Of a stretch of DNA of 64,000 nt, positions 38,301 to 50,300 are shown one piece after another; the stretch's first letter is position 1, and every line of letters begins with the position of its first letter. Made by a program: the position numbers and the translations under genes. The DNA lies in the NCBI RefSeq assembly GCF_018977255.1, contig NW_024704743.1:80974001-81038000 (forward strand). Reading direction: 5' to 3'. This DNA comes from Callorhinchus milii. Taxonomy: Eukaryota. Below the pieces are notes generated by a model. It ran no database searches. It was not told the DNA's origin and was given only the letters and a program-made list of their open reading frames with translations.

Positions 38301-41300
38301 CCTGACATCCGTGCTATAAAAACAGATTGTTGAACACATCTGCTTTTTCAGATATACTCTGGAGAAGGAACCTGAGGTTTCTGATACAGGTGGTTGAGCA
38401 AAACAATTTCAATACCTCAACGACAATCAGTTTCTTTCAGAGGTCCATATAGACAGATCATCATATTATCAAATTCGACCCAGGATGTGACAGCCTCTTG
38501 TAAATAGGCTGTGTAATTCTTTGGAGAGAGCAACATCTCTCAAGTGAAGATTGGATTTGATCTCCAAAAATGTATTGACGTACATTGCTGATGGATTTAT
38601 TCAATTGGCCAAAGCAAATAGCATTGGTGAAGATGTGCGCTGAGTGTTACTAAGGTACTGGCACAGAGCGGTCGTTCTGCCAGGCAAAGTATTGAGTCAT
38701 CTGCCTCTGATGCAACAACAATTACTGTTAAGACACCTAAAGATGAAGAGGAACCTTTGATTTCTGTCCCTAACCTTTCCCAGCAGGGTGAAACCTTGGG
38801 CAAGTTTCCTTACTCCACACACCTGATAATAATCCCTCAAATAAAACAATAATAAATTGGTCACTTCAAACAACGACTGTTTGTGCGACAATGCTGTGTG
38901 CAATTGGCTGCTGCATTTCGCCCACACATATATAGTCAATTCACTTTACAATCTATTCTGTGAAGCGCTTTCAGATGTCTAGAAGATGTGAAAAGCAATA
39001 TATCAAATTCAATGATTATTATTATCTTCTGGGATTGAATTAACCAGTTGAAGCTGCCAGCAAGAATCTCCTGCCCATTTTTGACCATACACAAAAAAGG
39101 ACATTTCAAGATGCTAAAGAACCACAAGATATGAGATAATAGCATTCCACCAAGGAACGGCACACAGCTGGGGGCTAAGGGAGAAAAAACACATACAAAC
39201 ATCATAACATAGACACACTGTAAACAAATCACATTTTATTGCACAATAAATATTATTGTCACCATTATGTTGTTTTCCAAGGAATCAACTAATGGATTGT
39301 CCTGATGTAGCTGTTTCTGTACAGGTAAAATAAGCACAGTGTGGGATCAGAACAGCTGGGGTGTGATACTTCTCATGTTCTTAGCCTTAAACCTTTGGAA
39401 ATCTTGACTTAAATTTTTTATTTCAAGAAACTGGCTTCCAAATTAAGGATGAATTTAGGGTTTGTCCCAAATTTTGTATATCTGTAAATGTTAGGATTTT
39501 AGAATAATAATAATCCCTGCCTTTGATAATTAAAAATAATAATCTTTGCATTTGATAGAGCACCTTACCATGCAATTGAGTTGTCTCAAAGTGCTTCACA
39601 GAATATTTTGTAAAGTGAATTGAAGGTGCATTTTCTGGGCGAAATGCAGTAGCCAGTTGCGCACAGCAATGTCCCACAAATAGTCGTGGATTGAGTGAAA
39701 TAATTTTTTTTGAGGGATTATTACTCCCAGAAAGCAATCCGCCAATCGACTAACAACCAGGTTTCTACTTACTGCTAGGTAAACAGAGGAGTGTGGAGTA
39801 AGGAAACTTGCTAAAGATTCACCCCTCCCAGAAATCGAACCTGGGTCCTCTCTCATGGGAGGTGAGCGTGCTAAACATTATGCTACAAATCTTCGAAGCA
39901 AATCTTGATATAGTGCTTTATCAAAAATGGAGATGTTTTGATGCGATAAAGCATTACAACAAATGCACGATTATTACTACCATCTTAAAATGTACAATTA
40001 TGCAGAATTTTAGCAAATTCCCAAGTTTACCCTTTAGAGAGACCTGAGTTCAATTCCAGGCAGGGCGAAACCTTGGGCAAGTTTCCTTACTCCACACGCC
40101 TAATAATAATCCCTCCAAAAACCAAAAACAATAATTAAATTGGTCATTTTCAATCTACGACTGTTTGTGGGACATTGCTGTGCGCAATTGGCTGCCGCGT
40201 TCGCCCACAAATGTACAGTCAATTCACTTTACAGTGTGTTCTGTGAAGCGCTTTGGGACGTCCTCCCGACGTGAAAAGCGCTATATCAAATGCAAGGATT
40301 ATTATTATTATTATTTAATTTTAAAGCTGAAACCATGAGAAATGTCATTGTAGATCCTCAGGAAAAGATTCAAGTCTTGGCTGTGAATAATTTGTCAATG
40401 AAGTTCCAAGCAGATTTGCCATGGCTCAGGCAACCTCAATGTGAGAATGAATTGGCTTCACAATCCCAACAATAAAGGTAACGGTTGCTTGACAAGCAAT
40501 ACCTTACCTGAATGGAGTCCACTTTTCTCATCAAAAATCAAAAAAAAATTGTGCACCTTTTAACGTATCACATTAATTTGATGTGGAAATTTTCAGCACT
40601 CAATAAAGCACCTCACCATTCAACAACTGAATGTCAACCAAAAATCTACCTCTTACAGTTTTGTTTTCGACTTTACAATTCATTCCATTTACTTACTCTT
40701 AAAAGCAGGAAACATTGGAACAATATTTGATGTTAAAAGGGCATCATATTTAGCATCAAGTGTGGATCCAAGAGCTGTAAAATAAGAAATATAAATTAAA
40801 ATGCATCTGAGAGGGATTACAAGTCAATTTCAGTCACAATGCAAAATGGCTCAGTCCGATAGGTTAAATGATAAAAGTGAAACTAATAAAATAACTTTTG
40901 TTTCAGAGGATGGTGTATGGCTGGAGGTTGTGAGGGGAGAAAGAATTAGGTCAAACCTCACAAATGGTAATAAAAGTTTGGCCAAAATAAAATGTACATT
41001 AAATTATCTAAACACCTTTGATGAAAGTTATAAAAAAAAGTTAACTTACTGGGAGGATAAAGAAACCCATATGAAATTTGTCTGTTTGTTCTATAACCTG
41101 TACAACTTTGGCTGTGACTTGCTGAGATACGAACATCAGGTCTTACACAGTTACTCAGGAAGTCTGGAAGGTTAGAGACCTCCACCTGTATTTGATGTAA
41201 AATATAAATATTACAATAACACATTTTAAGTTTTTTTTATAATTATGTTAGCATTTTTCTTTAAGGTTTTTTTATAATTATGTTAGCATTTTTCTTTAAA

Positions 41301-44300
41301 AAACCTATAATAAAAAATCATTGGTGAGAAAGTCAATCTGGAGTCTAGATTTGCTCTATTTTTGTACCAAAATTTTAGAGAGTGCAGAATTTGGCAAATT
41401 ATCGACTTCAGTCTGAACTTTAGTTCTTGTAAGAACTTACAGAAAACTGGCTTCAGAATTAAAGCTGTATTTTTAACAATTGCCAAATTCTGGACGCTCC
41501 AAAATGCTGCAGAAATGAAGTAAATCTGGACTCCAGGTTTCACCACATATTCACCACAACAAGCAAATAGGCCTTAAATGCATCAGTTGTCCTCTGAAAG
41601 TTTAAAATATATTATAATTGATCCATTAATATGCGAGCAATTCTGCACAATTCTGTGCACCTGCAACATGGAAAACAGAGCATCTGAGCAAGAAAAACAA
41701 CTATAAGCAACATTTATATAGCACCCTTCATGCAACGTAACATCTTGGAGTGCTGCACGGTTGGTGGGGCTGGATCCCAGCATGGAAGAAGGGGGTGGGG
41801 GAGAGGGAAAGGTGACCATAGGGTAAGTGGTAGGTCATATGGTGGGATTTAATGATAGATAAAGAGGGTGCGAGGCAGGGAGTTCCAGAGGTTAGGGGAG
41901 TTGTTGCTAAAGACACGGGTACTGATGGTGGAATGGAGAGGCTGGGGGATGCTCATTAGCTGACCCAAGGGGGCGGACAGAGGAGAGTTGGGTTACATTT
42001 AACACATTTTACAAAACAGCTGTAATGGAATACAAACCAGTTTGGGGACTGTGTATGACGTCCACAGAGGCATCAAAAAGGTTTCACTGTAACCACTTTC
42101 ATAGCCATGGTGATGTAACATGTAGTACTTGGTACGATAAGTAACTGCAGGACGACTATAAAGTAGATGTTTGTTTTCTAAAGGAGGAAAAGCAAAGGAC
42201 AACTTTCGGATCATGGGTGAAATCAATGGAAAATCAAACTAATAGCAAAAGTCACATCAGTCAGCATTTAATAACTCCATGTGGTAGATATTCCTGACTA
42301 ATACAGCTTCCCCGTTTTCATTGCCACTGCATGTGTCCTTTACCCATTTGACTATCACTGCCACAATGTTCCTTACCTATTCCTTACCTACTTTTATTAT
42401 CAGCGTGTTGCTGAAATACTGCAAATTAGACATCTTTACATGATCTTATTATCTCTATCATTCCATGGTTTCTCACTAAATCCACACTGTTGTTCAGTAA
42501 ACATCAATTTAACAAAGCATAGTGCAATGTTGTGTTAAGTACCATAGGTCACAAGATTGATCCTTTCTTGGATCCTACATGTAGTACCTTGTATTGATCA
42601 GTATTAATCTTTGTTTGTCAATTGTCAGCCCACGTTGATACCCTGTCAACCGCTGCCTCTTCTGATTCCACAGTTCCCTCCAATTTGATGTCAGCTGCCA
42701 ATCTAACTATCTTAGATTGGGTCTGCAAATCAAGGTCATTAAAATATAGGAGGTATAAAATGCTAGTATTGCGATTTATGATTCTGAAATATCTCAAAAC
42801 CTCTTCATACAGCGAGACCCTTGAGGAACTCAACTTACTATTTCTCCATTCCAATCTAACTCCCGTAATGAAGACTCTCTGTTTCCTTCTCTTCAGGCAA
42901 TTCTGAATCTTTGTCCGTGTTTTGCCCTTCCTTGATACCCAATGACCACAACTTATGAAGGAATCTTTCATAAGGTACTTTGTCAAACAGTTTTGCTAGA
43001 GTCTAACCAGCTAAAATGTGGCATTGAGACCACTGACTGGCAAGCTTTCCTGCTGTTTGTCCAGCTAGGATCACCCTATCCATTAGGGCTTTGGGTTGTT
43101 GGATTTTCAGGAACTGAGTGGGAAGAATCCCTGACCCAGTGATTCGTCTGTCTTTCCAAGTCCTGCGATGAGCCATCCTGTCTGTGCTGTCATCAGCAAT
43201 ACCCTGCAATACTGTGTACCTGCCTGGCTCAGGAACTAGATTGCCAAGACCGCGATAGAGGGCTGGGTCCATCCTGAAATTCCATTGCCAAACATGTCAC
43301 CTTGCAGCCAGTTCAGCTCCAGGGAGACCTCCCACCCCACCCCGAGGAGGTTAGTCATTAGTTGGTGATTCGATATTTGACAAGCATGGGTTTGAGCCCT
43401 CAGTAGGTAGATGGCAGGTACTAGCAGCTCCCTGCAAGCTTTCTAGTGGGCAACACAGCTCAGCATGAAATGTGTGAGAACATTGCCACCGTCTTCCTGT
43501 CTGCAGCTCGGACACACATTTCTTCCCATTGAGCAATGGTTCCACCAGTTGGAGGTGCGGAGCTTGAGCAGTAGCTGCTTACCTCTATGCAGGCCAATCA
43601 AGGTGGATTCCAAGTCCTGGATGTACGAACGTGTGTTCACAAACTCGGACTCCAGGTAATGATTTCCAGCAGCTGTTGCCCCAAGCCTCAGAGTTTCCTC
43701 ATCAGCTATCTGGCGGACATCTGCCTTCAGCGTGGTAGGAGGACCTTTACAGGATAGAGTGTGGTGTGCCAGGCACCTTAATGTTCTTGAGGTCCAAGTG
43801 CAATGCCGCGTACCAGGCTTACTCAGCACCAGCTGCTTAATCCAGGTCCTTATGTGAGGGCCTTTGGCAAACAGGCGTGTCCGCTGTGAAGCTGACTCCA
43901 CCTCCGTGGTGCTCAGTGCCAGGTCAGTATAACAATAATAATAATAATCCTTGCATTTGATATAGCGCCCTATCACGTCTTCAAGACGTATCAAAGCGCT
44001 TCACAGAATATACTCTAAAGTGAATTGACCATATATTTTGTGTATGAAACACAGCTGCCAATTGTGCACAGCAGTGTCCCACAAACAGTCATGGATTGAG
44101 TGACCAAATTATTTTTATTTATTTTGAAGGAATTATTACCCCAGAAAAGCGATCCGCCAATCGACTAACAACCGGGTTCCTACTTACTATTAGGTAAACA
44201 GAAGCATGTGTGTGTGGAGTAAGGAAACTTGCCCAACGTTTCACCCTGCTGGGAATTGAACCCAGGTTCTCTAACCACTGAGCTACAGGACTCCACAGTG

Positions 44301-47300
44301 TAGGCCAGAGCTCTCCTTACCCTGCAGTCGTTTCCCATGTTTGCCACAAATCCACCTCACTGCTTAATCCTGGACTTTGCAGGATGTTGGGTGAAGACTT
44401 GCTTGGCTGTGATACAACTCATGATTAAATTGCTGAATTAAACCTATGAATAAACTCTGTCAAGGCTCACACATAATAAAAGCCCATTTGGGCAAAGTAC
44501 TGGCAAGTCATGGGCAATACCCCAGCATGAGTCAATGTCTTCGAAGAAGAGAGGATATGATTAAGTACTTAAGATTTGGTTCTCAAATTGTAGTTCCATA
44601 ACCAAATTCTTAAATTAGTACCCAGGAGATATAAGAATTGAAAAATTGGTACAAATATTTCTTTTGCTCCCCATCCCCCAGAGGATCGAATTCAAGATCC
44701 TCATCCTCACCTACAAGGCCATTCACGGCCTCGCTCCCTCCTACCTCTCTGACCTACTATCCCCCTACTTACCTGCCCGTACCCTCCGTTCCTCTGGCTC
44801 CGGTCTGCTCCACATCCCCCGCCCCAACTGCCCTACCATCGGTGGCCGGGCCTTCAGCCTCTCAGCCCCGAGGCTCTGGAACTCCATCCCTCAGTGCCTT
44901 CGCCGCCTCCTCCCTTTCCTCCTTCACGGCCGGTCTCAAGACCTTTCTCTTTGACCGTGCCTTCAGCTCCCCTCTCGACTCTCTACCCCCTCCTTGCTCC
45001 CTCCCTTCCCTCCCCTTACCCTGACCATTTCACCCCTGCTCGGGTCCTGACCCAACTGTACAGCGCCTTGGGACGTCCTCCCGATGTGAAAGGCGCTCTA
45101 TAAATGGAATCTTGTTGTTGTTGTTGTTGGAACAAGGATTGGAAATGGTTATAATTCTGATAGCAAAATCAGGAGGAATCCTTTACAAAGAGCTTTTGTG
45201 ACATAAATTGAAACCCCCCCAAAAAATCTTCAATGCCATTATGGTCATTTCAACCCAACCACATCTCTTTCATCTCTCCCCAGCTCAGGTGTCTAGCCAA
45301 CTGTGTGAGGCATTTTGTGACGTCTTTCCAACGTCTGAAAATAAGATCATGATTTGTGAACGAAGGATGCCAGTATTGCATTCCTGAAAGTGCACTTATT
45401 TATCAATGATGTAAAAGCACGATAGAATTTAAATTATTAAACAGTTAAAAACAATTTACCTTCTGTTCCCCTGCTCTGCAGACGCTTGTTCAGTTCATCT
45501 CCTTTATTCTACAAAAAAAGGAAGATAAAATACTGAGGTGATGCATTTCAATGTAACAAATTTGTGATTACCATGTGTTCTGCTTCTGAAAGATTAAAAG
45601 ATGAAAATGTCAGCCTGGCTTAATTGGTCACACTCTCACATCTGAGTCAGAAGGTTGTGAGGCGAGAGCACTATTAACCAAACTGCTGCAACCATTCCCA
45701 ACAATGCTGAGGGGTAGAAGCAATGAAAAGTCAGCTCCTGCTTTGTTTCTTTTAAATAAACTACTGAGACTTCCACACATGCATGGACACAGGAGCAAAA
45801 GTTAATTAACATTAACCAAACGGGAACTAAATTATTTGTTTCTTCAGCCACATACTTTTGGATGATTCAGTGAATGGTTGGAAAAAGTTTAAACTGGCTT
45901 TCAAACCTTCTCTTCACACGTGCAGCCCAAATCATCCACAACAGTTGCAGCTGCAACAGGAAAGGATGGTTTGGAGATTTCATCTGGCATGGATGGTCTG
46001 AATGAAGGGTTCCGCAAAAGATGGTTCATACTACCATGGGTTCCATTATTAGGTGCTGGAGTTAATCCAAGGAGGTCTGAAAGTAGAAAAAGATTAACAC
46101 ATAAGAAGTTATTTAACAAATTTCCCAAATTAAATTCATATGATAAGCGTCAGCAACCATAAATGCAGTTTGGTTTGCTGACAAGTGAAAATAACTCAAG
46201 AATATACAAACTCAAAAGCTTCAGGTAACTGATGCAAAGAATGTAAAGGAGGTCTTTTTGTTATAGTCTCCAAGGCTACATCACACCACAGCACACAACT
46301 AGCTGGTGCACGACGGTGCTCTGACATGTACTTTTTTAAAAAATAAAGCAAACATGTGCGGATGAATTTTGTCGTTATCAAGGGGTTGGGATAGTAAGGT
46401 TGGGAAACAAAACACTTTGTTTTGGTCACAGAGTGTCAAGATCAAGTGCTCTCATATGATATATAGCATGAGTAGATGCTAAGCAAAGTCCTGCCTCAAC
46501 GATGTGTCTAATCCTTCACATCAGAAGAACACCCATTATTGCAGTATGACACAACAGCCACCCTGTGGTCTTGCTGAATACCATATACTGTCAGACGTTT
46601 AAACCAGGCATAAGAGTATTACCGTGCGCTTGCTCTACTTTTTTCTGATCTTAGTGACCACAGGAATCAAGCTCAATTAGTCACTAATAAATTTAGATTT
46701 GCAGACGGTTTTAAAAACTTTGTTCTATGTTCAATAAATCTTAACTAAAGCACTGTTCCTCCAGCCTGCGTCACATATTCTACTCCTGGAGCAAGAATAA
46801 CTTTTAGCAACAAAGAAAAATGTTCTCAGATTAAAAGTCGAAGTATGCACACAGTGCTTTGACCTGAAGATAACAACTAAGAAAACTTTTACAGTAATGA
46901 AAAAGCAAAAAGCTGAGGCAACAATGAAATGAAGAGTTTTACCCCCGCTATTTAATTCCCTCTTTGAGGACTCACTATTTAATTTCCCTTTAAAGTTAAT
47001 TATTTAATTCCCCTGAGAAACTGCTAATTAATTTTCCTGTTGAGAATGTCTAAACCAGACGTTTTTTTAAAAAAAACAAGTACAGCTCTTTTAGAAGTTG
47101 TTAATTCAATTCTTTCCATCAACCTCTACAAAAGCTACATAATCATTGCTAAAAAAAACATAAAAGTGGGTTCCATTTCATACTTAATATCCGGTGTAGA
47201 GATCTTTCCCTTCATTTCTGTGACAGAACGCATCAAAGGATTTTGAAACATGCTAAAAATATAGGTTTCCCGTAAAGTGTGTTAAATGTGCTTTTGCTCT

Positions 47301-50300
47301 CGTTTTTTATACATGTGAAGACTTGAAAGAAGAACTTACCACACATAACATTATACAGTTCAATATTTTCAAAGGGTGGCACTTTTGTTCTATGTTTAAA
47401 ACTAGGACCATGGCCTATGAAAACAGTCTGCAGAAACAATAGAGCAAGTGAAACTTAAGTCATCAATATATTGCACCAACATAGCATGTACACTATAAAA
47501 ATAGTTAAAAAAGAGTTGCTCTAACCAAGGCAACATAGGAATAAAAATGTTTTAGGATATAAAAAGAGCATTAGGTTCAACAAGCATGTTCCTTTTTGAT
47601 AGCTCTTAACCTCTCCCTTCTCACCAAATCCCTTCTCTTCCAAAAACTCACCTGGGATATGTTTTATGCCTCTTTGGTCACTAACATTTATAGTGGGTTT
47701 TTATAACTGGATTTCCATTTCCTACCATGATAACAAGGTGTCAAATATCGGGTTTTGAGGCAACCTGTATTATTCTTATGTACCTGTGATACTTATTGGC
47801 AAAGGTTTAGGGACAGCACCTGCCTGACCTCTTATCCAGAGAATGGTATGTGATGAAGAGGCTTAATTATGTAGACAAAAAGGAAGAAATACAGAGTTCC
47901 AAGTGGTTCAATGAATAAATGCACTAAGGAAATCAGACAAGAAAAGTCCAAGGTTGAATGTGCTTTTAGTGAACTAATGGATCTTACTGGGGACAACAAT
48001 GGGTATCAGAGTTCGCTGGTCTTCAGTGACCGGGTATCGACTTTGACTCAGTTTTAATCTCGCAAGAGGAAGGTAGTTTATTCGCTGTCATTAGTTCGCG
48101 GGATTCAATCAATTACAATATTGGTACAGCCATTTACTGGCATTTTGCAGCACTGAAAAAGCCGGTAAAGGCCGATAAGGGCATTGCAATTACACTTATC
48201 TGGAAATTCCAGCCGGGATTTTAGTATAATTCTCTGTAGTCAAATAATTCTACGCTGAAATATAAAAAAAATGAAAAGGCAAGTTTGTGCATATAAAAAG
48301 GAGAGTAGCTACACAGATAAGACAAGTTACAGATCAACAATTAACAAATGGTGTAACAATTACTGTAATTTTCCTACCTGCATACTATTGATCTTATTGT
48401 CGTAGCCATGGTCGCCTTGAAAGCTACACCTTCCTGACTTTCTGGTAACATCCATTGGTTTCCTAAACGCAAACAAAATGTCTTTAAAGCATGAAAAGAT
48501 AGAACAATTGATTACTATAACATTTTGCCATCTAGTCATAATCTGATCTGTTACTGCGGCACACTATAAATCCCACTAGATTGAAATGTATGTTGCATTA
48601 TTCAGTTATAAGAAAAAGAAGCAAGATTTAGAGCAAGCAGAAGTGAACTAGTTCCATGTGGCTCATTCCTTCAACGGGACACTTTTACAGAAATTACTGA
48701 GTTGCTCGCATTCCTAATTCCTGCTTGTTCTCCATTCATAAAACCCTGCTTGGGCAGATTTGTTTACTGTACTTCTTACACCAATTTATTGTAAAATAAT
48801 TACCACCCACCTACACAATGGGACAGAAACTATTTTGATAGACAGAAGCTACCAGATGCTTACTTTGCTACTGCAAATCGTCACACTCACTTACTGTATT
48901 ATACATTAGATAGAACCATGAACAGCTGAGAGAAATGCATTTTCATTTGCATTTGATATAGTGTCTTTCATGTTGGGATAATGTTTCAAAGTCCTTCACA
49001 GAAATTACTTGTAAAAAAATAATTACCGTAAATTTATTGGTAAGAATTCTGGAGCACTATTTCTTGTGTTACTAATTCACTCAGCCTCTCATTTTTCTGA
49101 ATAAGCGCACATTATTCGAAAAGAGAAGGGATTCTTGGCCGTTGCCCATAAATCCCCAGATAAGTCAGCACCCTAGACATATCATGGTTACAACAGCTAC
49201 AAAAAGAAAAGAATGCCATCCACATTCATCCCATGCTTGGTCTTCAAATTGTTACATTAAAACAGAAATACCCGAGGTTATTTGTGCAAAGCAAAAGCAA
49301 ATTACATCTCTCTACAATACTGTCCAATACCTAGAACTGTTGAATGCCACACCCAATAGATTCCTTCCAATAGACCCAGTCATATTCCTTCTTTCCTGGA
49401 TGCAAGTGTAATTTGTTGTTGTTGTTATTGTGGTTAGGTTTAAATATAACATAATTACCTTGCCACCAGCCACTTCCTCTCAACCATTAAATGGACATCT
49501 TCAATTCTCCTATTATTGGCGTAATGCAAGCGCTTTGGAAGATTCATCTTCAGATAGGGTTTGAAATGCTGATCAGGCTTCCTACACTTAAGAAGAAAAC
49601 CAAACACAGAAAATTACAAGATGTAAGTGGCCTTGCTGTAAAGCTCCAGTTTTCAAAGTTAGGATCTAGCAATAAGTTACAAGTGCGCCGAAGTGTGAAG
49701 AACTGACAGCACAAACAGCAAAACTCTAGCATACTGTCCACCATCTAGAACTGTTGAATGCTACACCAATAGGTGTTACAGTCATATTCCTTGTTTCCTG
49801 GATTCAAGCAGCAAATGTTACACTTTTCATTGCTTGAGTTTGAATTTTGTCCAAACTGACAAGAGACATGATCAAATGCAACAGATCTGAACTTGCGAGT
49901 GGAATCCATTTGTTGCTGAGACCTTGGTTACAACCCAAAATCACTTTGAATAGAAAGTTTTGTGAATTGACGTGCTGTAGAGCACCCTCTTCACAAGCGA
50001 GAGAACCTGGATTCGATTCCCGGGCAGAGCGAAACATTAGGCAAGTTTCCTTACTCCACATGCCTTTATTTACCGAGCAGTAAATAGGGATCCGGTTGTT
50101 AGTCAATTGGCAGATCGCTTTTCTGGAGGTAATAATGCCTTCAAAAAATAATAATAATAATTTGGTCAATCAAACCATGACTGTTTGTGGGAGACTGCTG
50201 TGCTCAATTGGCTGCCGCATTTCTCTCACAAAATATACAGTCAATTCACTTTACAGTATATTCTGTTAAAGCGCTTTGAGATGACTCGAAGACATGATAA

